A DNA stretch of 64,000 nucleotides from Candidatus Latescibacterota bacterium (GTDB lineage: Bacteria > Latescibacterota > UBA2968 > UBA8231), in the NCBI GenBank assembly GCA_965243025.1, contig CBDETY010000003.1:544001-608000 (forward strand), read 5' to 3'. This document shows positions 18,179-28,697 of this stretch, piece by piece. A model generated the notes under the pieces. That model saw nothing but the letters and a program-made list of their open reading frames with translations. It was not told the DNA's origin and searched no databases. Every line of letters begins with the position of its first letter. The first letter of the stretch is position 1. The position numbers were made by a program, and so were the translations under genes.

Positions 18179-18344
18179 ACCGGTTGATCGCCCGCGGGAC
18201 ACAGGGTTATGTTGGTGCCGCGCAGCGTAAATCAACGGATACCCCCGAACCGGTGACAACCGGAGCCTGCCTGCCGCCTCTCCGCAAAGGCGGGGAAACA
18301 GCAGCCGTTCCAGGGCAGGCCATTCAGCCCCCGGGCGCAGGAAA

Positions 18345-19234
18345 ATGAGCACGCCAGCGACCTTCGATCTGCACCTCCACAGCTACTGGAGCCACGACGC
18401 CTCCGCGGCTCCGGAGAGCCACCTGCGCCGGGCGCGCGAGCTCGGGGTTCGCTGGATCGCTCTCACCGAGCACTACCACCTCGATTCGCTTCCGGAGCTT
18501 CTCGAGGCCGCGGCAGGCTATCCGGAGGTGACTCCGATCCCCTCGACCGAGCTGACCGTCGACACCTCTATCGGCGAGGTCGACCTCCTCTGCCACGGCT
18601 TCCCGCTTTCGCAATCCCCGGAGCTGCGGGAGCTGCTCGACACCTACAGGGAATGGCGGGTCGAAACGGGCAGGGCCGTCGTCAGGGGCCTGCGCGAGCT
18701 GGGTTGCGACATCGACGAGAACGGCTTCATGGACCTGGCCAGGACCTACCGTCCTGCGGATGTCGTCGACCGGCACGGGCTCACCCAGGTAAAGGGGGAC
18801 GCCCTGCGCCGCTACCTCCTCGAAACCGGCAGGATTGCGGGCGAAGCGGAGTTCGCGGGGTTCCGGGCCAGGGCAAAGGAACTGGGAGCCGCTCCCCCGT
18901 ATCCCACCGCGGCAGAGGTGGTACCCGCGGTCAGAAGACTGGGAGCCGTGGTGTCGATCGCCCACCCCACGACAACTTCGGCCAGGGGGACCGCGGCCGC
19001 ATGGATGCCCTGCGGGAGGAGATCGGTTTCGACGGCATCGAGTGCGCCCACCCGATGGTCCCGCCGGAGTTCACCCCGTTCTACCGGGCTTACTGCGTCG
19101 AGCACGGGCTGGTGTCGACCGGCGGCTCCGATTCCCACACCGAGGCGGACATCGCAGCGGGGTTCGCCGGCCACGCGGGAGCAGACGAGTGGATGGAGGA
19201 GCTGCTCGAGCGCCTGCCCGCCGCCCCGAAGTAA
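18345..19234 (+). pseudogene. PHP-domain metal-dependent phosphoesterase split by a single-base frameshift (possibly a sequencing error)
   Basis: N-terminal DLHLHSYWSHD, IALTEH, STEL, IAHP in one frame. DGIECAHP and STGGSDSH in another. One extra C in the C4 run at 18965-18968 rejoins them (AHPHDNF). Confidence 0.8.
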
Positions 19235-19274
19235 CCGAGCCGTCCCGCGGCCCCGGGCCCGGGAGCGGCGTCCC

Positions 19275-22200
19275 ATGCCGCGGCAGGGGGGCAGCCAGCC
19301 TCCTGTTCGCCGCCGTCCTCTGCCTCCCGCTCCCTGAAGTCTCCGCCGCCGGCCAGGCGGCTCGGCTCGCCGCCGACATGGAATTCCTGATCTCGCACGG
19401 CTCGCGCGCCGTCGGTTACCCGGGCGCCGCCGCGGCCGCCCGCCTGATCGAGAACCGTTTCGGCGACCTGGGTCTGAGCGACGTGCGCCGCCGGGAGTAC
19501 CCGGTGGGTATGCCGATGGACCGCGGCGCCTCCCTCACGGTGGCGGAGAGCGGCCTGTCGGCGCCGCTGCTGTGCATGTGGCCCAACCTGGTGCGCACCT
19601 CCACCCTTCCGCCGGAAGGACTGAGCCTGCCGCTGGTGCACGCCGGCAGCGGGGAGTGGGCTGAGCTCAACGGGAGCGAGCTCGAAGGCCGCGCCGTGCT
19701 CATGGATTTCAACAGCGGCCTCAACTGGCTGCGGCCGGCCTCTCTCGGGGCGGTGGCTGTGATCTTCATCGAGCCGGAGGAGACGACCGCCCGCGAGGCC
19801 CAGCGCAAGTACGCAGTCGCCCCCCTCGATGTTCCCCGCTTCTGGATCGACGCAGGCTCGGGGAAGCGGCTGCGCCGGCGCCTCCAGGAAGGAGGGGAGC
19901 TTGCCGTCACCCTGCGGGGGCGCATGGATTGGGAGATGCGCCCGGCCTGGAACCTGTCGGCGCTCCTGCCGGGCTCCGACCCGGAGCTCTCCGGGGAGAC
20001 GGTGGTGCTGCAGGCCTACTACGACGCCGGCTCGGTGGTTCCGGCCCTGGCCCCGGGAGCGACCGCGGCCTGCGGGACCGCCGCCCTGCTCGAAACGGCG
20101 CGCCATCTCGCCGCGCAGCGTCCTGCCCGCAGCGTCCTCTTTCTCGCCACCTCCGCCCACTACCAGGCGCAGCAGGGGATCGTCGACTTCATCAACCGGC
20201 GCGCCCGCACTCACGACGAGTACTCAGCCCGCTTCGGGGAGCCCCTCGACATCGCCCTTTTCGTCGGCCTCGACCTCTCCGGCGGCAGCGATCAGCTCGG
20301 TATCTGGAACAACCTGCGCGGCGATGAGCTGCGCCGCTTCTTCCTTCCCTACTCCCGCGTCTTCATGGCCCACGGGGAAGCGGCCGCAGGGGAGCAGGGC
20401 CGGAATGCGGAGCGCGCCTTCCTCAACGGCGTCAGTCCGGTCCGCGGCAGGAGCTGGGAGTCCCTCGCGCCGGGGGGAATCAACCCGGACGCCGGATGGG
20501 CTCACGCCGCCGGGGTGCCTGCCCTCACCCTGGCCACGGTCAACGACGGCAGGCCGCTGGAGTCCACCCCCCTCGACCGCGGCGTCGACATCCCCAAACT
20601 CGACCGCCAGGTGGAGCTGCTGAAGAGGGCGCTCGCCGGAGTGCTGGACGATCCCGGGCTGTCGTCCGGGCGCGCCGGCCTTGCAGGGGTGGCCAGGGAC
20701 CGCATGCGGGATCTCATCGTTCAGGCGCGCCAGTATCCCCGGCGCAGCCAGGTACCCGACCGTCCGCTCCCCGGCGCCCTCGTGGTGCTCAATACCTATG
20801 ACAAGCAGGTGACCGGCGTGCACGGGCAGCGGGTGGCAATCGCCGACGGAGACGGCAACGCCGTCTTCAGGGGGATTCCCTCCACCGTGGAGAAGCTGGC
20901 CGCCTTCGAGCTCGACCCTGCATCCGGGGCGATCCTCGCAGCCCCCGACCTGGCCAAGCGCGCCATCAAGCACCACGGAAAACCGCTGCCGGACGGTTGG
21001 CTCCCGGCCGCGGCGGCCCGGTCCGTCAACATCAAGACGGTCGTGCTGTTCAGGACTCGAGGCCGGGAGATCTACTCCCTCATCCGTCCGCGATCGCTCC
21101 TGGGCTACGGCGGGCCGACCGTCATGGACCAGGGAGGCGCGGAGCCGCGGCAGTTCGGGTTCCTGCTCAGCAAGTACCCGGAAGAACCGGCCGGTGTCCT
21201 GTTCGGTCCGGCCCTGAGAGGCGAGGAGAACCGCCTGCGGTTCCTGTTCGGGGGACTGCTGGAACAGCGCCTGCTGCTGCTCAACAGCCAGGGGCACGGC
21301 AGCGAGGAGGAGGCGCGCGGCATCGGCTACTCCATGGGGGAGGAAACCCTGACCCGGCTGACGGAGAAAGCGGCCCGCGACATGTGGCGGCTCGACGAGC
21401 AGAGGCTGGTCAAGCTCCGCGAGCACTCGATCAGCAGCCGGGGTCTCGAGCTTCTGCACAAGGGCGCCGGTGACCGGCTGGAGGAGGCCGCCGCCGCGGC
21501 TGAGGAGCTGCGCTGGGACCGCTACGTCGCCATGGCGCGGGAGGCCCTCGGTCTCGAGGCGCGCGTCTATCCCGAGATCCTCGCGACCCTCAACGACGTG
21601 ATCAAGGGGATGGTCTTCTTCCTGGCCCTGCTGGTTCCCGCCGCCTTCTTCGGCGAGCGCCTGTTCTTCGCCGCCGCCGACATCCGCCGGCAGCTCCTCG
21701 GGCTGGCGCTGCTGGTGCTGCTGATCTGGATGATCATCTCGCAGGTGCACCCCGCCTTCGACATCGCCCATCCGCTGGTGATCGTGCTGGCGTTTCTGAT
21801 CATGACCATGGCGGCCCTGGTCATGTGGATGGTCAGCGCCCGCTTCAACAGGACCGCGGCCGAGTACCGCTCCCGGGTTTCCCAGGTGCACCGGGCGGAT
21901 ATATCGCGGCTCGGGGCGGCGTACGTCGCTTTCATGCTCGGCATCTCGAATATGCGGCGCCGCAAGCTGCGCACGGCGATGACGCTGACCACTCTCACCC
22001 TTCTGACCTTCTCGGTGCTGTCGTTCACCTCTTTCGAGGACCGCATCCGCTTTGTGGCGATGCCGGCCCCTTTCGAAGGGGACCGGGAGGGTCTGCTGAT
22101 TCGCGACCGCAACTGGGGGAAGCTCGGCTACCCCGCCCTGGACTACGCCCGGTCCCACTTCGGCGCGGCTGCGGTCCTGGCCCCGCGCTACTGGCACTCC

Positions 22201-25200
22201 GGCCTCGAGGGAGGGGCCAGCTACGTCGAGGTGCGCCGCGGGGAGAGGGTCGCCCGGGCCCTCGGGATGATCGGGCTCGCCCCGGGGGAGCGCCTGGTTA
22301 CCGGCGTCGACCGCTGCCTCGTCGCCGGCAGCTTCTTCGAGGCGGGGGACGAGGCGAGCTGCCTGCTTCCCGACGAAATGGCGGAGGCGCTCGGCATCTC
22401 CGCGGCGGACGCCGGCTCGGCCCGCGTCCGCGTGTTCGGCCGCGACCTCCTGGTGCGCGGGATCTTCTCGGCCGAGGCACTCGACGGCCTGCGCGACCTC
22501 GACGGCGGCAGCCTGACCCCGATCGACACCCGGGTCGCCGCCTTCGACCCGCTCGACCAGCTGCTGGAGCAAGGGAGAGAGGGTGAGGAGGAAGCCGCGG
22601 TGCTGGAGATGACCGCGGCCCTGCGCCTGCCGGGGGCCAACGTCCTCATCACTCCGCACCGGACGCAGCAGGACTTCGGGGGTGCGCTTTTCTCCGTGGG
22701 CGGGCGCTTCCGCGAAGACGCACGGCCGGTCGAGCTCATCGAGAAGTACCTGCTGCGCGTCGCCGCCTTCATGTACGCCGGCATCGACGACGACGCCGGC
22801 GGCATCTCCGTGTACCGCTACAGCTCGGTCGGGTTGACCTCGGTCCAGGGGCTGGGAGCGCTGGCGATACCGGCGGTGATCGCGGCGATGATCGTCCTCA
22901 ACGCCATGCTCGGGGCGGTGTACGAGCGCTTCCGCGAGATCGGCATCTACTCCTCGGTCGGCCTGGCGCCCGTCCACATCTCCGTGCTCTTCCTCGCCGA
23001 GGCGACGGTGTACGCCATCCTCGGGGTGACCATGGGGTACCTCCTGGGGCAGGGGCTCGGCAAGCTGCTGATCGCCCTCGACATGCTCTCGGGGATCACC
23101 CTCAACTACTCCTCGGTCTCCGCGGTGGTCGCAGCCCTTTCGGTGATGGCGATCGTGCTGCTGTCGACGCTCCACCCGGCGCGGGCCGCGGCCCGGGCGG
23201 CGGTCCCCGAGGCGGTCCGGCGCTGGCGCCCCCCGGACCCGGACGGGGACCGCTGGGACTTCGCGTTTCCGTTCAACGTCAGCGAGTCCGAGGCCGCGGC
23301 GACCTGCGGCTTCCTGCACTCCTTCTTCACCGCCCACGGCGGCGCGGTCGGCGGCAGGATGTACACCGAGAAGGTGGTCCTGCGGCGGCATGAGACCCCG
23401 GACGGGCTGGCGTACCGCATCGGCTTCCGCATGTGGCTGGCGCCGTACGACCTCGGGGTCAGCGAGGAGGTGGGCATCGAGCTGGCCCCTGTCGACGACG
23501 CCCCGGGGATGTACGCGATCGCCATCGAAATCGAGCGCCTCAGCGGCGAGCAGCTGAACTGGCGGCGGCTCAACGGCCCGTTCTTCAACACGCTGCGGCG
23601 GCAGCTCCTGATCTGGAACACCCTGCCCGCCGAAACCCGCTCCGGGCACCGGAGCACCGCGGAGCGGCTGCTGGGAGCCGCGGCCGCAAAGCCGGAGGAT
23701 CCGGCCTCGGCGGAACCGTCGCTCCCGGGCTCAACCCCGGGAGAACGGCCGCGGGAGGGAGGCGGCGAGCAGCGCCCGTCCCCCTTCTCGTGGCGGGCCG
23801 TAGGCATAGGTACCGCCGGCGCCATGGCGGTCGGGGTCGGGGCTCCCTACTGCGTCTTCATGCTCAAGGGGTCGTGGATGGCGATCAACAGCACGGTGCC
23901 GATCGCCCTGTTCTACTTCTTCATCGTCGTCGTCATCGCCAACGTCGTCCTCGGCCTGGCCGCGAGGAGGTGGGAGCTCCGCAAGGCGGACCTGATCCTG
24001 ATCTACGTCATGCTGACCATGGCCGCTGCGGTCCCCAACCAGGCCTTCGTCGGCTACGTCATCCCCTGCATCGCCGGGTTCTTCTACTACGCAACCCCGG
24101 AAAACAAGTGGCTGGACATGTACCTCGCGGACGTCCCGAAGTGGATGGTCCCCGAGGTCCGGGCCGCGGAGCTGCTGCACGAGGGCCTTCCCCCGGGCGA
24201 GCCGGTGCCCTGGCAGGGCTGGGCGGAGCCGCTGACCTGGTGGTACCTCTTCTTCCTCGCCCTGAGCCTGATGATGGTCTGCCTGAACGTGATCCTCCAC
24301 CGCCAGTGGTCGGTTCACGAACGGCTCGAGTACCCGATGGTGCAGGTGCCGCTGCACATGATCGAGCGCTCGCAGGGGGCGTTCGCGCCGCTGGGACCCT
24401 TCTTCAGGAACCACTGGACCTGGATCGGCTTCCTCGTGCCGTTCCTGCTGCTCGGCCTGCACGGCCTGCAGCACTACTACCCGGCGGTTCCCGTCTTCAG
24501 TCCGAGCTTCGGCGCCCTGACCCTGATGGACGGGGCCTTCGTCCTCAAGTTCCACACCAACTACGCCTGGATCGGGATTTCCTACCTCGTCAACCTCGAC
24601 GTCACCATGAGCATCTGGGTCTTCTGGATTCTCGGGGTGTTCCAGAAGGCGCTGTTCGGGAAACTGGGGGTCGCCCCGACCGAGACCCTGAGCTTCTACT
24701 CCCTGCACTCGGCCGACCTCGCCCACCAGGCGACCGGCGCCTGCTGGGTCTTCGTGGTCTGGGGCCTGTGGGTCGCCAGGCGCCACCTGGGGCAGGTGCT
24801 GTCCAACGCCTTCGGCCGCAAGGCGGTCGACGACTCGGAAGAACTGATCTCCTACCGCGCCGCGGTCCTCGGGTTCGCCGCCAGCCTCCTGTTCATCGGC
24901 GCCTGGCTGTGGAAGTCGGGGATCCCGCTGGTGGTGCTGCCGATGTTCCTCGTCTCGGCGCTGATCTTCTACATCCTGGTCACGCGCGTGGTGGCGACCG
25001 CCGGGGTGGCCACGGCGCGCTCGCCGATGATCTCGGCGTTCGTCGTCATCTCCGGCCTCGGCAGCGCCTTCATCGGCACCAAGGGGCTGGTGGCGCTGAC
25101 ATTCACCTACCTTTGGCACTCGGAGATGCGCCTGTTCCCGATGGTCGTGTGCGCCCAGAACCTCAAGCTCGCCGAGACCGTCCGCGGCCCCAAGGGGAGG

Positions 25201-25698
25201 CTGTTCTGGGCGATCTGCATCGCCCTGGTTGTCAGCCTGCTGGCGGCGACCTGGATCATCCTTCACCTGTGCTACACGTACGGGGGCATCAACCTGCACA
25301 CCTTCTTCATGCAGAGTCAGTCGGTTCGCCTGTTCAACGACATGGCGCGCCACATCCAGCACCCGGTCGGCCCCGACCTGCGCGGCTGGGGGTTCACCGG
25401 CGCCGGCGCCGCCATCGAGGCCGGCCTGATCTACGCCCAGAAGCGGTTCTTCTGGTGGCCGCTGCACCCTGTGGGCTTCGTGATCGCCAACGGCTGGCTG
25501 ACCAGCCAGATCTGGTTCGCGGTCTTTCTCGGCTGGCTGGCGAAGCTCGTCATCATCAGGAACGGCGGCATGCAGCTGTTTCTCGCGGCGCGCCCCTTCT
25601 TCATCGGGCTGATCCTCGGGGAGGCGACGGCGGCCGGAACCTGGCTGGTCATCGACTATCTCGCCGGCAGCACCGGCAACCACATCACCCACATGTAG
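19275..25698 (+). CDS. Giant membrane protein: PA/M28 peptidase-like ectodomain + FtsX/MacB-like permease + DUF6785/DUF6784-type polytopic domain
   Basis: Uninterrupted frame to TAG 25698. M28-like GSRAVGYPG, NLSALLPG, AYYD...APGA. FtsX-like ISNMRRRKLRT and LNAMLGAVYERFREIGIYSSVGLAP...FLAEA. From ~23779, FYYATPEN.W, HRQW..HERL.YP, WWPLHP.GF. Start ambiguous: ATG 19275 needs a 1-base shift; first in-frame ATG is 19378. Confidence 0.85.
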
Positions 25699-25704
25699 CT
25701 GCCG

Positions 25705-27408
25705 ATGCGGGAGCGCCTGACACGCCTCGGGAGGGGAACCGCCGCGCCGATTGCCGCGGTAGGCCTGGCGTACCTGCTGACCCTGCTCTGCTTCGAGCGG
25801 GACGGCATGTGGACCACGGACAACGCCGCCAAGTTCCTGCAGGTGCGGGCCCTGCTGCAGAGCGGCTTCGCGAGCTTCGCCATTCCGTGGCCGGGCAGGA
25901 GCATCGACCCGGAGTTCGTCTACAACCCCCTGCCGTTCCACTTCTCGTCGGTGCGCGGCGGCGAGCTGTACTCGGTGTTCTCTCCCGCCTTCGCCATGGT
26001 GTCGGCGGTTCCGTACGCGCTCCTGGGATACTGGGGGCTCTACCTGCTGCCGTTCGCCTCGGCGCTGCTGATGCTGCGGGCGGTGGCGGAGCTCTGCGCT
26101 CTCGCCGGCGGCGGCGCCGGGGCCCGGCGGGCGGCGGTGCTGGTCGCCGGCCTCGCCACCCCGGTGTGGTTCTACGGCGTCGCCTTCTGGGAACACTGCG
26201 TCGCGGCCTGTCTCTGCCTGTGGGCGCTGCTGTTCTTCGCCCGCTTCGTCGATTCCGGCGCGAGCCGGGACCTGGTGCGGGGCGCGGTGCTCGTCAGCCT
26301 CGCGGTCTATCTCAGGGACGATCTCTACCTGCTGTGCGCGCTGCTGGCCCTGTCGGCAGCTGCCGCCCGCAGAGCGAACCGGCTGTCGACCGCGCTCCGG
26401 TGCGGGGGCGCCATGGCGGTCTGCCTGGCTCCCCTCTGGATCTGGCAGTGGCAGGTCATGGGCAGCCCGCTCGGGCAGCACCTGTCGACCCACCTGTTCT
26501 CTTCGGCGGGAATCCCGGGGCACCTCCTCGACCGTCCGAAGGTGTTCTACAACCTGCTGGCCGCCGCGAGCCCGGCCCCGATCGTTTCCATTTTCCTGTC
26601 GGCGCCGTTCCTCTACGCCTGGCTGCGCCGGCCGCGCTTCGACGACGCCGGCTTCGGCGCCGCCCTGCCCCTGTTCGCCGCCGCAGCGACGGTGAGCGCC
26701 CTGATCTCCTACGGCGGCTACCTCCTCTTCGACAGCACCCTGGCCTACCTGCTGGCCTCGTCGAACAGCCTGTTCGCGGCCGCGCCCCTGGTGATTCTCG
26801 CCTTCCCGCGCTGCGGGGAAGAGGGAGGAACGCGCCGGTGGCTGGGGCGGCTGGCGGCCGCCTACGCCCTGCTCTACGCGGCGGCCGCCCCCGATCTCGG
26901 CTCCTCCGGCCTGCACTGGGGCAACCGCTTCCTGCTGATCCTCTACCCGGTCTGGTCGCTGCTGGCCGCGGTCAACGTCGAGCAGTGGCGGCGGCGGGAA
27001 GGAGGCGGCCGGCGGTCCTGGAGGGACTGGAGCCTCGCCGCGGTCGTCGCCGTCAGCGTCGGGGCGCAGCTGTTCTCCGTCGAGCTGCTGCGCCGCAAGA
27101 AGGAGTTCTCCCACCGGCTCAACGACTTCGTCGCCGCGAGCCCGGAGCAGGTCGTGCTGACGAGCGAGCGCTGGGCGGGGCACGAGCTCCACCGCGTCTT
27201 TTTCGATAAGCCGGTCTTCTACGTCGAGTACCCCCACGCCATGGACGCCCTGCGGCAGAAGCTGAGGCAGGCGGGGTACGACAGCTTCCTGTTTCTGACG
27301 CGGCGGCAGCGAGTCGCCGCGCGGCAGCCCGGGGTCGAAATCGGGGACGGCGGCTTGAACTGGTACGGGATGAAGGCATTTTCAGTCGGCATGGCGTCGC
27401 CGCGGTAG
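25705..27408 (+). CDS. Polytopic membrane protein, putative GT-C-fold glycosyltransferase
   Basis: TDNAAKFLQ acidic loop after TM1, YSVFSPAF...P..LLGYWGLYLLP, TPVWFYG..FWEH, LRDD, HWGNRFLL. About 12 hydrophobic segments. Confidence 0.65.
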   Translation: MRERLTRLGRGTAAPIAAVGLAYLLTLLCFERDGMWTTDNAAKFLQVRALLQSGFASFAIPWPGRSIDPEFVYNPLPFHFSSVRGGELYSVFSPAFAMVSAVPYALLGYWGLYLLPFASALLMLRAVAELCALAGGGAGARRAAVLVAGLATPVWFYGVAFWEHCVAACLCLWALLFFARFVDSGASRDLVRGAVLVSLAVYLRDDLYLLCALLALSAAAARRANRLSTALRCGGAMAVCLAPLWIWQWQVMGSPLGQHLSTHLFSSAGIPGHLLDRPKVFYNLLAAASPAPIVSIFLSAPFLYAWLRRPRFDDAGFGAALPLFAAAATVSALISYGGYLLFDSTLAYLLASSNSLFAAAPLVILAFPRCGEEGGTRRWLGRLAAAYALLYAAAAPDLGSSGLHWGNRFLLILYPVWSLLAAVNVEQWRRREGGGRRSWRDWSLAAVVAVSVGAQLFSVELLRRKKEFSHRLNDFVAASPEQVVLTSERWAGHELHRVFFDKPVFYVEYPHAMDALRQKLRQAGYDSFLFLTRRQRVAARQPGVEIGDGGLNWYGMKAFSVGMASPR

Positions 27409-27465
27409 CCGGAAGCGGATCGGCGGCGCCTCGCGCACCCCATTGACAGAAACCGGAGGAACCAC

Positions 27466-28560
27466 GTGTCCGAGCGCAGATTCACCCGTCGCAGCGACCG
27501 CGACCTCGTCCGGGTCGGCGTCATCACCGGAAACGGCGGCCACACCCTGGGCATCTGGGGGGAGAAGATGAACCCCACCGGCGATTTCATCCGCACCACG
27601 GGGATGATCCTGACCCACGTGTGGAGCGTGCGCCCGCAGTTCGCCGCGCAGGTGGCCGGCAAGTTCCGGGAGACGGTCGCCGTCGAGGACCCGCGCGACA
27701 TGATCGGCCAGGTCGACGGCGTCATCGTCGACGACATCACCGCGATCTCCCTCTACCCGGCGCTGTCGCGGCCCTTCCTCGAGGCCGGGATCCCGACCTT
27801 CGTCAACCGCCCCTTCGCCACCTCCCTGGCCAAGGGCCGGGAGATGATCGACTGCGCCGAAAAGCACGGCGCGGCCCTGTACACGATGTCGTCCTGGGAG
27901 GCTTCGGAGAGCATCGGCGACCTGCGGCTCAAGCTGGCCAACATGGGGGCGATCAAGGGGTACGTCGCCCACAACTCCGCCAGCGACTACTACTCCCACG
28001 GCCTGCACGGGGTCTGGTACATCTACGCCGCCCTCAAGGAGGAGATCGAAAAGGGCCGGGTGCGCCTGGCCGCGGCGGCGTACCACACGCATGACTGGCG
28101 GACCCCGGGGGGCGTGATCGTCTTCGAGCACGAGGGCCCGCAAGGCCCCTTCCACGGGGCCCTGCACCAGGTTTCGGGAGCGGACGGAAACGGGTACATG
28201 CGCGTATTCGGACCGGCGGAGTTCGGCGACGCCGAGGGCCGCGTCCCGGCGAGCCCCCAGCATTTCATGTACAACACCTGGAACTCGGCGCAGCTCGTGC
28301 TCCAGGAGATGTTCGAGACCGGCAGGTCGCCGGAAACCGCGGAGACGATGATGGAGAAGCTGCGCATGTTCCTGCTGCCGTTCTACTCCGTTCTCGAGAA
28401 GGGAGGGGAGATGGCGAGGCTGGAGGAGATCGAGGACTGGGAGCTGCCGCGGCCGTCGGAGGCGCTGATGAAGGACGGCCATCCGACAGACAGCGCCTTC
28501 GGGGTCCTTTACAGCGACGGCGAGATCGAGGCGGTCGCCCGCCGGCTCGGGGCGGCTTGA
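27466..28560 (+). CDS. Gfo/Idh/MocA-like oxidoreductase (divergent)
   Basis: VRVGVI, DMIGQVDGVI, PFLEAGIPTFVNRPFA.SL..GREMI, YYSHGLHG. GGAGG RBS before GTG. Confidence 0.72.
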   Translation: MSERRFTRRSDRDLVRVGVITGNGGHTLGIWGEKMNPTGDFIRTTGMILTHVWSVRPQFAAQVAGKFRETVAVEDPRDMIGQVDGVIVDDITAISLYPALSRPFLEAGIPTFVNRPFATSLAKGREMIDCAEKHGAALYTMSSWEASESIGDLRLKLANMGAIKGYVAHNSASDYYSHGLHGVWYIYAALKEEIEKGRVRLAAAAYHTHDWRTPGGVIVFEHEGPQGPFHGALHQVSGADGNGYMRVFGPAEFGDAEGRVPASPQHFMYNTWNSAQLVLQEMFETGRSPETAETMMEKLRMFLLPFYSVLEKGGEMARLEEIEDWELPRPSEALMKDGHPTDSAFGVLYSDGEIEAVARRLGAA

Positions 28561-28697
28561 GGACAGGATTTTCGGGAGCTGTCCCCTTGCCCTTGTTCCG
28601 CGAACCCCGGTCGCAGCGGCCGCTCCCTTCTGTCCGCGCCGGCGGTAAATTCCCAGAAGGGCCAAGAGGATTCTGACCGACCTGATGGAACGAACCG

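Noticed and set aside
18835-19274. N-terminal ~147 aa of the 2287-aa ORF call
   Set aside because: Overlaps the PHP gene's C-terminal frame and is not protein-like; the real start is later.
20224-27237. Three >1100-aa alternative-frame ORFs (20224-23649 -, 23433-27209 +, 23731-27237 -)
   Set aside because: They overlap the giant membrane protein and the GT-C gene, which carry the recognisable motifs; Arg/Pro/Gly-rich shadows.
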